Part shown: positions 51,248 through 60,663 of the stretch, in pieces
How the letters are laid out: each line of letters opens with the position of its first letter
Position numbering within the stretch: the stretch's first letter is position 1
NCBI GenBank assembly: GCA_038870975.1
Contig: JAVZJD010000001.1
Span: 1,001,966 to 1,065,965, forward strand
DNA length: 64,000 nt
Direction of reading: 5' to 3'
Source: Candidatus Bathyarchaeia archaeon
GTDB taxonomy: Archaea; Thermoproteota; CALKCG01; B24
Position numbers and translations under genes: made by a program
Notes under the pieces: model-generated
What the model was told of the DNA's origin: nothing
The model's input: only the letters and a program-made list of their open reading frames with translations
Database searches by the model: none

Positions 51248-52357
51248 TTACTCTTTAACGAGCCTCCTCCAAACTTCTGTACTTATTCTCACAAGCTTTT
51301 CAGATTCACCTCTCCCTATTGGAGTAATTCTTACAAACTTCGCTTTCACCCTAAGCTCATCGATGTTTCCAGCGCCTATGTAGCCGAAGCCCTGTTTAAC
51401 GCCGTCTACTATTTCCATAAGAACATCTTTTAAGCTACCTTTATACTCTACAAGTGCTTCAACACCTTCGGCGGCATGTTTAGTTCTTCCACTATATCTG
51501 TCGGTTTTACATATGACTGTCTTAGAGCCCATCCCCCTGTATGGTTTAAAAAGACCTTTAATCCCAATGGCAGTCCCATCTATTATACTTCCAGGTGTTT
51601 CATCCGTACCGGCTATCAAGTAGCCCAGCATTACGGAGTCTGCTCCCAGAGCCAAAGCCTTAACAATATCGCCGCTATTCGTTATCCCTCCATCAGCTAT
51701 AACGGGAATCCCTTTCTTCTTCGCCTCTAAAGATGTGAAGTATACGGCTGAAGCTTGAGGTGCTCCAACACCTGTTACAATCCTAGTTATACATATCGAA
51801 CCGCTCCCCAAGCCAACCCTTAAGCCGTCTGCAATATCTACATAATCTTCTACGGCTCCTGCAGTTGCTATATTTCCAGCTATTAGATCGCATGATATCA
51901 GCTTTCTAATTCTACTGGCAAATTTTACTACTTTCTGATTCTGTCCATGAGCGCAGTCAATTAGAATAGCGTCTGCACCAGCCCTATCCAATGCTACTGC
52001 TCTTTCTTCGTCGAAGGGACCTATGGATGCCACTACTCGCAACTGGCCGTAGTCGTCTACTGTAGATTCTTCTCCACCGTAAACCTTCTTAACTTTCTTA
52101 ACCTCTTCAACCTCCCTCTCCAGGCTCATATTTCTATGAATTGCCCCTATGGCGCCGAGTTTTGCCATTTCGATAGCCATACGGCTTTCGGTGACGTAGT
52201 CCATTGGGGAGCTTACTACTGGTATACTAACTTGGATATTTCTCGTTACTTTAGATTTCAAGCAAACTTCATCAGGGTCTACGGTAGAGGGTCCTGGAAG
52301 TATTAAAAGTTCATCGTAGTTTATCCAATGTTCCAGATTATTGAGTTTGTCCTCCAT
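51248..52357 (-). CDS. guaB: IMP dehydrogenase family protein lacking CBS domains
   Basis: SSPMD; GLGSGSICITR (catalytic Cys); IADGGI; YRGMGS; RY flap dyad; EGVE. Confidence 0.82.
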   Translation of the reverse strand: MEDKLNNLEHWINYDELLILPGPSTVDPDEVCLKSKVTRNIQVSIPVVSSPMDYVTESRMAIEMAKLGAIGAIHRNMSLEREVEEVKKVKKVYGGEESTVDDYGQLRVVASIGPFDEERAVALDRAGADAILIDCAHGQNQKVVKFASRIRKLISCDLIAGNIATAGAVEDYVDIADGLRVGLGSGSICITRIVTGVGAPQASAVYFTSLEAKKKGIPVIADGGITNSGDIVKALALGADSVMLGYLIAGTDETPGSIIDGTAIGIKGLFKPYRGMGSKTVICKTDRYSGRTKHAAEGVEALVEYKGSLKDVLMEIVDGVKQGFGYIGAGNIDELRVKAKFVRITPIGRGESEKLVRISTEVWRRLVKE

Positions 52358-52413
52358 TTAAGTATCGATGTAGTTTGTCTCTATAAATTCTTTTCGTTTA
52401 ATTAATGGCTTAT

Positions 52414-53508
52414 CTAGGCGGTTCGTGTATATAATCCGTGTTTTTCTCCGATTCTAAGCATGGCGAAGTAGTTTTCGACTCTAACATAATTAGCTATGGT
52501 GTTTCCAGACCCTAAAGCATAGCCTCCTCCTAGGGCACACTTTTTAAGTGTTTCAAGGGTATATTTTTCAACGTCTTCAACGTTAAACCTGGCAAGTTTA
52601 TCAACGTCGATTCCGCCTAAAATTGCAATACGATCTCCATATTTTCTCTTTGCTTGTACTACTGGCGTCGATTCATCTTCATAGGAATGTTTAGCGTCTA
52701 TACCTACGTAGTTTATGAGGTCTTCCATAATGCATTCAAGGTTTCCACACGCGTGGAGTATGAAGGGAAGCCCCCTCCTATGCGCGGCTTCAACACACTT
52801 CTTCTGCCAAGGGAAAACATACTTCCTCATATGTTCAACTTTTATGAATGTTCCACGTTTATAGCCCATGTCATCACCCATGACGATGCCACCCACTTCC
52901 TCAAACTCTGCAAGGTATGCGTCCACTCTCTCGATTATAGAGCCTACACTGTTGAACATCATCTCTATGAGTTTGGGCTCCATGTAAATCGCCTTGGCAA
53001 ATGGTACCGTACCCATAAGCCACATTACATTTTCAAGAACCCCTCCTCCAGCTCCAGCGAGTATCTTCATGTCCTCAGGTATGGTCTTTCTTAACTCATT
53101 AAAAGTTTCAAGCCCTATTGGGAGGATCTCATGTCCTCTCTCAGGCCACGGGTACTCATAGTAGTCTTCAATTGTCTCTATTTCTCCCCTATGTTCATTC
53201 TGCCAGCTTCTGAAACCTCTAGAGTATTGAGCTGTATCTTTAGCTGCCAATACGTTAGATCTTGGAAGATTCAGCGGTGCTGAAAATGGTACATAGTCGT
53301 AGCCGAGCTTTCTATAGAATTCTACGAGTCTTCTACAGTACTCCTTCACGGTCTCCCTTTTAGAAGGGTCTATTCCAAATCGTACTCCTAATACGACTTC
53401 CATAACTTCCTGATCTACGAAGAGTTCGTAGAATGGTACTCTATCTGGCTCTTCCAACATTAGAGCTTTAAGTAGTCTTTCAAAATTGGGCTTACGCATA
53501 TACGTCAC
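52414..53508 (-). CDS. UroD/MtaA/CmuA-superfamily protein
   Basis: PNFERL..AL..EEPDRVP; GDDMGYK; LHACGN; LGGIDVD; ALGSGN. Confidence 0.88.
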   Translation of the reverse strand: MTYMRKPNFERLLKALMLEEPDRVPFYELFVDQEVMEVVLGVRFGIDPSKRETVKEYCRRLVEFYRKLGYDYVPFSAPLNLPRSNVLAAKDTAQYSRGFRSWQNEHRGEIETIEDYYEYPWPERGHEILPIGLETFNELRKTIPEDMKILAGAGGGVLENVMWLMGTVPFAKAIYMEPKLIEMMFNSVGSIIERVDAYLAEFEEVGGIVMGDDMGYKRGTFIKVEHMRKYVFPWQKKCVEAAHRRGLPFILHACGNLECIMEDLINYVGIDAKHSYEDESTPVVQAKRKYGDRIAILGGIDVDKLARFNVEDVEKYTLETLKKCALGGGYALGSGNTIANYVRVENYFAMLRIGEKHGLYTRTA

Positions 53509-53555
53509 ATCTTAGGCTAAAGTCTGTTCTCCTTATAAGTGTAACATTTACAACG

Positions 53556-54017
53556 TCATTCCTCTCCGACGTAGTATATCGATTTAACCTCTATGATTCT
53601 AGAAGTTAAAACTCCTCTTACAACTATCACAGCGTCTACAGAATACGTGTATATGGCTTCGGGTTTTTCAGGTGTTGTAAAAGTGAAGAAGATTGTAGCT
53701 TCTAAAGTCTCTGAGCTGTGTGGTTTAACAACCCGCCTTTCAACTGGATAGATTATGTCTTTCTTTAAGCCGCTCATAAGAGTACAGTGTAAAACCAATA
53801 CGCCTTCAACTGTAACATCCAATAGAGCGTAATTCCTTATTTCAATCGCTACAGTCAATTTGAAATACTCTGGTATACGCTGGTCTATTGAGTGGTAGAC
53901 GTTTATTACTTCCACCAGGTATGGAGTAGCTAGTATATAGCCTGATGCAACTAGTATCAGCACAATGCAGAACAAGTTTTTCCAAGTATGGAGGATAGTC
54001 TTAGAGATTGAGGTCAA
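53556..54017 (-). CDS. Hypothetical membrane-anchored beta-sandwich protein
   Basis: N-terminal TM then beta-rich region; overlaps the 3' end of the PAC2 gene. Confidence 0.55.
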   Translation of the reverse strand: MTSISKTILHTWKNLFCIVLILVASGYILATPYLVEVINVYHSIDQRIPEYFKLTVAIEIRNYALLDVTVEGVLVLHCTLMSGLKKDIIYPVERRVVKPHSSETLEATIFFTFTTPEKPEAIYTYSVDAVIVVRGVLTSRIIEVKSIYYVGEE

Positions 54018-54648
54018 GCCCCAGTATGTTATTTATGAATCTTAAGGCTCTTAGAGCTGCAGATTTATCGCCTTTGACGTTTTTACACCCAGCTAATACT
54101 CCAACGCATAGGATGCCTCCTCTAAGATTAGCCACTCCAAGTATAAGCCCAGTCAAACCGCTTAAATACCCCCTGTAGGGCTTAGCCCCAGCCTCGATGA
54201 GCTTGTTCAACACGTCTGGGTCGTTGGAGGTTACGGCTATAATCCTCGAATCTATAAATCCGTCGACGGCGAGTATCCTCCTACAGCCTATATCCATCAT
54301 ATAGTCGACTATACTTTGAGCTATCATATAGTTCGACTCTGGGATTGTAAAGTCTGGTTGAAAGTCGCCAGACAGTAGGAATACGTCCCTACCGCCAGTC
54401 TTAGCATGATGTACCTCGTAGTGTAGAGGTTCGAATGAGCCGTTTTCAACTTTAATTTGGTCTGGAAAATAGATGCTGTAGACTCTACATATAAGCTGCG
54501 CATCTGTAAGCTCTCTAATTACCTCCACTGTGATTCTACCAACTTCTCCAACACCTGGCATTCCAACTATGAAAACGGGTTTTTCCACAGTAGGCTTGTG
54601 CAGTTCTTCGATAAAGACTCCAGGGTACTCCTTGATACTCGCGGTCAA
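54001..54648 (-). CDS. PAC2-family proteasome assembly chaperone
   Basis: IVGMPGVGEVG; FP; GDFQP; SGLTGLILG; D..AA. Confidence 0.85.
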   Translation of the reverse strand: MTASIKEYPGVFIEELHKPTVEKPVFIVGMPGVGEVGRITVEVIRELTDAQLICRVYSIYFPDQIKVENGSFEPLHYEVHHAKTGGRDVFLLSGDFQPDFTIPESNYMIAQSIVDYMMDIGCRRILAVDGFIDSRIIAVTSNDPDVLNKLIEAGAKPYRGYLSGLTGLILGVANLRGGILCVGVLAGCKNVKGDKSAALRALRFINNILGLDLNL

Positions 54649-54793
54649 CTTTAACTCCTCGTCTGTAATATCAAGCTACCCGTAGGGTTAAATTTTTTCC
54701 TCGTTAGGAAAAATATATAAAGGTCTCAAGTCAATTTTTAATCTGGCATCTTGCGGAAAATCAGTGTTCCGAGGTAGATAATTAGGTTGGAGG

Positions 54794-55084
54794 ATGTCTA
54801 AAATGTCTGAAAGCGAAGCAGTAGTATTGATAGGTAAGAAGCCTGTTATGAACTACGTTGTAGCATGCATGACGTTGTTCAACGCTGGTGCAAAGCAAGT
54901 AATAGTAAAGGCGAGGGGTAGAGCAATATCTAGAGCCGTAGATACAGTTGAGCTCATAAGAAGAGCCTTCATAAAAGACCTGGTCATTAAAAACATTTCA
55001 ATAGGTACACAAGAGCTCACAGGTCAGAACGGTCAAAAAACCAATGTTTCAACGATGGAAATCGTCTTAGCAAGACCGAAGTAG
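54794..55084 (+). CDS. albA: DNA/RNA-binding protein Alba
   Basis: IGKKPVMNYV; KARGRAISRAVD; VSTMEI. Confidence 0.97.
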   Translation: MSKMSESEAVVLIGKKPVMNYVVACMTLFNAGAKQVIVKARGRAISRAVDTVELIRRAFIKDLVIKNISIGTQELTGQNGQKTNVSTMEIVLARPK

Positions 55085-55120
55085 AAAACATCATTTCCTC
55101 CTTTTATTTATTTTTTAAAC

Positions 55121-56362
55121 ATGTCTCAGCGTTTAAAAACCCGTCCTCCGGGACCTGAAGCTAGGCGTGTAATCGAGGGTTTTTACAAGGTTTCTCCTCC
55201 AACATACATACAGTATCCCCTCGTTGTTAAGAGGTTTGAAGGAGCTAGGCTAGTAGATGTCGACGGGAATGTCTACATCGATATGGATGGTGACCGTGGT
55301 CTTAGATCTATACCTCTGAGTATAAGCGATTTTCCGGCTGAGGCTGCGCAAGCCATTCAACCGGCGGATGGTCTTCTTTTAGAAGTCGAGTACGAGCTTT
55401 TAAATGCGTTAAAGCATGTACTGGATGCGGATTATAAGCTTCACTTAGCGTCGTCGGGTTTAGAGGCTTTAACGTTAGCTTTGTCTTCTATTACTGAAGT
55501 TTCAAGTTCGAATTCAATTTTACTCTTCCATGGACGTGTGGAAGACTCTTATAACGTTGGGCTGAAGCCTATGGTTGTCAACAGACTACCATATCCATAC
55601 TGTTTTAGGTGCGCATTTAAACTCGATATTTCCAATTGTAACTACTTATGTGTAGAACGTTTCAAAGAACTGCTTGATGAAATAGGCGGTTCAATTTCTC
55701 TAGTAGTTTTCAGACCAGTGGAGTCTTCGAAGTGTATAGTACCTCCTGAAGCTGTATGGAGGAGAATAGTGAAAGCTTCGAGTGAAGTTGGGATACCTAT
55801 TCTATGCGATGAAGTTGAGGTTTCACCTGGTAGATCTGGCAAGGTTTTCTGGTTTCAAAGCCTCGAAGTTAAGCCAAGCCTCATATGCGTAGGTGATGGT
55901 TTGGCGTCTGGGCTTCCAATAGGGGCGGTCGCTGTGGAAGAGTATTTAGCCGTTTGGAGGCCTAAGCTTTTGAAAGCCGTAGCTTTAAACTGCATGGCCG
56001 CTTTAAAAACGATTGAGGCGGTTAAAGATGGGGTTTTGCTATCGAAGATACATAGGCTTGGGAGGGCTTTGAGGAAGAGGCTTGAAGAACTAAGCATCCA
56101 ATGTGAACTCATAGGTGATGTAAGAGGGTTGGGGCTCATGGTTGGATTTGAGCTTGTTAAAGACTTGAAGTCGAAAACTCCGGCGGATACGGAAGCAAAA
56201 TTCCTATCCAGGTACTGCTTTAAGAGGGGGTTAATACTTGGATTTGAAAAACCCTCCATCATAAGGCTAACACCTCCTTTGACGATCGAAGAGAGGATGA
56301 TCGAAGAAGCACTTCAAATAATTGAAGATGGGGTCAGAGAACTCAGACAAACCTTAACCTAA
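55121..56362 (+). CDS. Class III aminotransferase-fold protein, catalytically degenerate
   Basis: YPLVV...G....DVDGN.YID; CDEV; IGDVRGLGLMVG.E; IR..PPL; PLP-lysine position reads VGDGLASG. Confidence 0.8.
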   Translation: MSQRLKTRPPGPEARRVIEGFYKVSPPTYIQYPLVVKRFEGARLVDVDGNVYIDMDGDRGLRSIPLSISDFPAEAAQAIQPADGLLLEVEYELLNALKHVLDADYKLHLASSGLEALTLALSSITEVSSSNSILLFHGRVEDSYNVGLKPMVVNRLPYPYCFRCAFKLDISNCNYLCVERFKELLDEIGGSISLVVFRPVESSKCIVPPEAVWRRIVKASSEVGIPILCDEVEVSPGRSGKVFWFQSLEVKPSLICVGDGLASGLPIGAVAVEEYLAVWRPKLLKAVALNCMAALKTIEAVKDGVLLSKIHRLGRALRKRLEELSIQCELIGDVRGLGLMVGFELVKDLKSKTPADTEAKFLSRYCFKRGLILGFEKPSIIRLTPPLTIEERMIEEALQIIEDGVRELRQTLT

Positions 56363-56403
56363 AGAAATCTTTAAGAAAGACTCGAAAGATTCAATTATTT
56401 TGA

Positions 56404-56496
56404 AGCCCGGTGGTGTAGCGGCCAAGCATGGCGGGCTCTGGATCCAACTCCCGGAGGGGAACCCCGCCGACGGGAGTTCGAATCTCCCCCGGGCTA
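56404..56496 (+). tRNA. tRNA-Gln(CUG) with 20-nt intron at canonical 37/38 (56442-56461); CCA not encoded
   Basis: Acceptor AGCCCGG/CCGGGCT+A; anticodon stem GCGGG/CCCGC; T arm GGGAG-TTCGAAT-CTCCC; BHB with central helix CUCU/GGGG, bulges GGA and AAC, lower helix UCC/GGA. Confidence 0.96.
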
Positions 56497-57231
56497 CTCT
56501 TCCATAAGAGCTTCCATCAGTTTGAAGACCCCAGTCTTCAATCTTTTTACTGGTAAAATTGCATAGTTTACTAGTAAAATTCTCATGGATTAGCGCTTTG
56601 ACGGATTGTTAAATGCTACTGAAGCCGACGTTTTAAGTCTCTCCAGAAGAATCGGATACTCTTCTTCTCTTACCGAGGCTTCAACAGCCTTTCATCCTTG
56701 CCTGCGATGTAAAACCGTCGTCGATTAACCGCTTAGACGATTCTAGACTTTCCGTAATTATGGATATTTTATGGTTGTTTTTTATGGACAGTGAGACCCC
56801 CTAGGGGGGAGTTTGAGATGAGGGCTAAGGGTTTGAGGGAGCTAATTATCTTATGAAGACAATTATAATGCGATTTTAAAGTTGTTGTAAAGGAATAGAG
56901 TTCTCTATTTCGAACCTACCTCTCCCCTAGATTTTTCCATCATTTTCCCCACGTTTTCAACTTCTAATACTTGAAAAATGTCCATTATAATACCGTTTTT
57001 CCAGTAGGCGATTCATCTTGTCTCTAACGAGCTGTTCTTTCCTCAGACAATGCTATGAACTTTAAAGCCGATGATGAATCGGCAAATATACCTCTTCTGA
57101 AGAGAACTTCGGCTTCTACACATCTAAAGTTCTCACCGTCGTTCGAGAATTTTTGAAGTTTGAAATGTGGGATTTTTCCATTTTTTGGGAAATTTTAAAA
57201 TAAGTGGGACCTATTATTTTAGTGGAGTTGA

Positions 57232-57477
57232 ATGAAGATAGTTAGAGTTGATGAGAAAGGTAGGATAGTTATTCCTAAAAGCATAAGGCGAAAAGCTGAA
57301 GTGAAAGAGGGGGGTTATGTCTCAGTTGAGGCTAGAGAGAAGACTATAATACTTAAACCCTTAGAGCCTACGGCAAGTAAATACTATGGGGCGTTTAAAA
57401 TCGTTAAATGGCCTGAAGACTTAGATGAATTCATTATAGAGGTTGTGAAGGAATGGTGGATGCGGAAAGCTACGTAG
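57232..57477 (+). CDS. vapB: AbrB/MazE-family antitoxin
   Basis: VRVDEKGRIVIPKSIR; overlaps the downstream PIN gene. Confidence 0.9.
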   Translation: MKIVRVDEKGRIVIPKSIRRKAEVKEGGYVSVEAREKTIILKPLEPTASKYYGAFKIVKWPEDLDEFIIEVVKEWWMRKAT

Positions 57478-57878
57478 ACGTTAACATCTTCATATATTGG
57501 CTTGGCAAACACCCAATATTTGGCGAAGTAGCATATGAGTGGATTAAGAGGATTGCTGAGGGGACCCGCGGGAAATACGTAACATCAAGTCTAACGTTAT
57601 ATGAAACGCTTGTGATTATTGCAGGCTTAACTGGTAGAAGCCTTAACGATAGACAACTAGTAGAAGATATAGTCAATTCTATAACAAGCCTCAAGGGATT
57701 GATGATTGTAAAACTTGAACATGAAGACTATGTTCAAGCTGTTGAGTTGATGAAGGAGTATGAAATCGACTGCGAAGATTCCTTACATCTTGCAACGGCG
57801 CTGAAGGCTGGTGTAAAAAAGATAGTGTCAAACGATGAGGATTTCGATAGAACGCCGCTTAAGAGAATCTTCAAATAG
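57453..57878 (+). CDS. vapC: VapC-family PIN-domain toxin
   Basis: YVDVNIFIY; TS.LT..E; DSLHLA.A; SND.DFD. Confidence 0.92.
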   Translation: MVDAESYVDVNIFIYWLGKHPIFGEVAYEWIKRIAEGTRGKYVTSSLTLYETLVIIAGLTGRSLNDRQLVEDIVNSITSLKGLMIVKLEHEDYVQAVELMKEYEIDCEDSLHLATALKAGVKKIVSNDEDFDRTPLKRIFK

Positions 57879-57891
57879 CGCCTCTATAACC

Positions 57892-58863
57892 CTATACTAG
57901 ACTTATCTTCGGCTCTCTCCCCGTGTCTATGAGCATTCTCATGTATTTTAAAGCCGATTTAACTCGTCTATCTACTACGTCTATGCCTTGAGGCTTGTGG
58001 TTTTCAAGCACTGGAGCACACTCTTCCGAGGCTATGAAGCCTTCATATCCTATCCTTTTAAGCTCATTTACAAAGGCTAGGTAGTTTACACGGTCTGCCC
58101 TCATCCAAGGATATATTCCACGCTTAATTATTATCGTTCCATCTTCCGCAAGGTCGAAGGAATGCGAGCCGTAGTGTGAATGTACAATGCCTACCTCCCG
58201 GCAGGACTCTACCGCTCTATGTATATATTCATCGCTCTGGTCTACGAATAATGGTACATCTAGACATAGCTTTACATTATCCATATTCACCTCTCTAACC
58301 ATCTGAAGAGCATCTTCATACCCATAGTTTATCACGGGAGGGTGATTCTGAAGAGCCACAGTAATACCGTATTCTTCAGCCCACTTGGCGGTTTCACGTA
58401 TTCCTTCAACGGCGAGCCTCCACATTTCATCACTGGTTATAAAGTTCCTCTTGTAGTCGAAGGCTCTATTGGCAAACTCGTACGTCCCAAGTCCCTCGTA
58501 CCTGCTAGTGCCAGTCCAAGCGGCGAAAACCTTCACGATTGAAGCTTCAAGGTCTCTAGCAAGCTCCAATGCCTCCTTAACCATACATAGGTTATTCTCC
58601 CTCTCTTCTATAATGGGGCTTACGAAGTTTGACATGGTTTCTACGGCGCAGAGCTCTATCTGGTGAGACTCCGCCGTCTCCCTAATACTCCGCCTTCTAC
58701 TCTTATCCAAGTCGCATGGGAGAGCGACGGGCCTCTTAGTTTCAATAGATAATCCTTCAAAGCCGAGCTCCTTAGCTTTAACTATCTGCTCTTCTAAAGA
58801 TAAGGCTGGTCCTCTATACCATAGACCACAGTAGGTTACAGTGAAAAGAGCCAGTTTAATCAA
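57892..58863 (-). CDS. Sugar phosphate isomerase/epimerase-family TIM barrel
   Basis: LQNHPP; CLDVP; GY.G.IASEEC; start moved to TTG 58863 after GGGGGTGG. Confidence 0.85.
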   Translation of the reverse strand: MIKLALFTVTYCGLWYRGPALSLEEQIVKAKELGFEGLSIETKRPVALPCDLDKSRRRSIRETAESHQIELCAVETMSNFVSPIIEERENNLCMVKEALELARDLEASIVKVFAAWTGTSRYEGLGTYEFANRAFDYKRNFITSDEMWRLAVEGIRETAKWAEEYGITVALQNHPPVINYGYEDALQMVREVNMDNVKLCLDVPLFVDQSDEYIHRAVESCREVGIVHSHYGSHSFDLAEDGTIIIKRGIYPWMRADRVNYLAFVNELKRIGYEGFIASEECAPVLENHKPQGIDVVDRRVKSALKYMRMLIDTGREPKISLV

Positions 58864-58923
58864 ACAAATACCACCCCCTATAGTTAAATAGGGGTTTAAG
58901 TATTTGTAAGCTTTGGGGTTCAT

Positions 58924-60117
58924 ATGAGCGTTGAACGAGGGGCATGGTTTAGAGAGGCACGCTTCGGAATGTTTATCCACTGGGGTCTATACTCAATACT
59001 CGGCCGTGGAGAATGGGTCATGTATCTTGAACACATACCAGTAGAGGAGTATTCAAAACTAGCTGAGAAATTTAAACCTGCAAAATTTAACCCTGAAGAA
59101 TGGGTTTCCTACGCTAGAGAGGCGGGTATGCGCTACATGGTTTTAACAAGTAGACATCACGACGGCTTCAGTCTATTCGACAGTAAGGTTTCAAATTACA
59201 CAGCCCCCAAGACGGCTGCGGGTAGAGACTTAGTAGCAGAATTCGTTAAGGCGTGCCATAAGGCTGGTATGCGTGTAGGACTCTACTACAGCCTTTTAGA
59301 CTGGAGGTGGCCTGCATACTGGAATGGACCTAAAAGAGACCCTGAAGGTTGGTCTAGGTTTCTAGAGTATGTCCATACTCAAGTCGAAGAAATATGTAGC
59401 AACTACGGTAAGCTCGACATTTTATGGTATGATGGAGCATGGCCTTATAAGGCTGAAGATTGGAGGTCAGCTGAGCTTAACGCTAAAGTCCGCAAACTCC
59501 AACCCGAAATACTGATAAACAACCGCTCTGGGCTTCCAGAAGACTTCGACACACCTGAACAACACATTAGTTTTTCGCCTCCAGGTAGACTATGGGAATC
59601 CTGTATGACTATGACCGAGTACTTCTGGGGCTACTGTAAAGGAGACCCTTGGAGATCGACTAGAAGACTCATTCAAACACTTGCGACTTGTGCGAGTGGC
59701 GAGGGAAATCTTCTATTGAACGTTGGACCTAAAGCCGATGGAACATTTCCAGCTGGAGCCATAAGGATACTTAGGGAAATAGGCTCCTGGATGAAAGTCA
59801 ACGGCGAATCTATATACGGCTCTGAAAGATGCCCATTTAGCACATCCGTTGGAACATTCACAGCTAAAGGCAGTAAAGTATACGTACACGTATTCAGGTG
59901 GCCAGGTAGGGAAATATGCATAGCAGGCGTAGGCAACGATGTGAAAGATGCGTACATGCTAGCTACGGGCGAATACGTGAAGTTTTCCAAGAAGGATGGA
60001 AGAGTCTTCCTCAGGGGGTTGCCTGCGAGAGCTCCAGATCCATACGATACGGTTATAGTTTTAGAGCTTGATGGTAAACCGCACGGTTTAACATTTAAAG
60101 TCGAACAGCAATTATGA
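58924..60117 (+). CDS. Alpha-L-fucosidase (GH29)
   Basis: ARFGMFIHWG; TSRHHDGF; GLYYS..DW; LWYDG; LLNVGP..DG. Confidence 0.95.
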   Translation: MSVERGAWFREARFGMFIHWGLYSILGRGEWVMYLEHIPVEEYSKLAEKFKPAKFNPEEWVSYAREAGMRYMVLTSRHHDGFSLFDSKVSNYTAPKTAAGRDLVAEFVKACHKAGMRVGLYYSLLDWRWPAYWNGPKRDPEGWSRFLEYVHTQVEEICSNYGKLDILWYDGAWPYKAEDWRSAELNAKVRKLQPEILINNRSGLPEDFDTPEQHISFSPPGRLWESCMTMTEYFWGYCKGDPWRSTRRLIQTLATCASGEGNLLLNVGPKADGTFPAGAIRILREIGSWMKVNGESIYGSERCPFSTSVGTFTAKGSKVYVHVFRWPGREICIAGVGNDVKDAYMLATGEYVKFSKKDGRVFLRGLPARAPDPYDTVIVLELDGKPHGLTFKVEQQL

Positions 60118-60186
60118 TAAGCAATTACATCAATTCTTATTTTTTAGCATTCAAGTAGGCTGTATTTTTTCTAAGCGATGTGACGT

Positions 60187-60618
60187 TTAAAGCGTTTTTA
60201 GAAGTTCTTCTAAACTCCTCTTCAAATTCTCCAACTGGTTTTTGTAGTGTTCTCTCTCGGTTTCAGCTTTCCTAAGGGCTTCCTCTAATTCCCTTATCTT
60301 GGCTTCATAGGCTTTTTTAACATCCGATTCAAAGACGAGTTTTTCTATATGGGAATCCTCAAACGATAGTTCACCTTTATCCTTGTCGTAGAATGCTTTA
60401 ACAGTGATTCTTACAAAGTCTCCTTTACCAAGTTTAAGTTCTTCTACAAGCTTTCCGTAGAGTATTTGATTAAGTTTAGCTACATCTCTAAGTATTACAT
60501 CCCGAGGTGCTAAATTCTTAAAAACAGCTAATGCTACTTTCCTAAGCTTACTTGCATATAAAGCGGCTGGTATAACACCAGTTCTAAGCTCAACCTTTTC
60601 GGAAGATTGTATAGACAT
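60187..60618 (-). CDS. DUF2258 / ThermoDBP-family single-stranded nucleic acid-binding protein
   Basis: ELRTG.I.A..YA.KLRKV..A; V..LN..LY..LVEE......D.VRI.V; C-terminal coiled coil. Confidence 0.78.
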   Translation of the reverse strand: MSIQSSEKVELRTGVIPAALYASKLRKVALAVFKNLAPRDVILRDVAKLNQILYGKLVEELKLGKGDFVRITVKAFYDKDKGELSFEDSHIEKLVFESDVKKAYEAKIRELEEALRKAETEREHYKNQLENLKRSLEELLKTL

Positions 60619-60663
60619 TCAAGAAGTAGTTTTTTCTTACAAATATATGAATTTTACCGATAA

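Noticed and set aside
57065-57115. ATGATGA...CTGA resembling a third box C/D RNA, with local hairpins
   Set aside because: No C'/D pair at the proper spacing; the C box lies inside a GCCGAT/ATCGGC hairpin; the opposite strand is an open frame that may be a gene remnant
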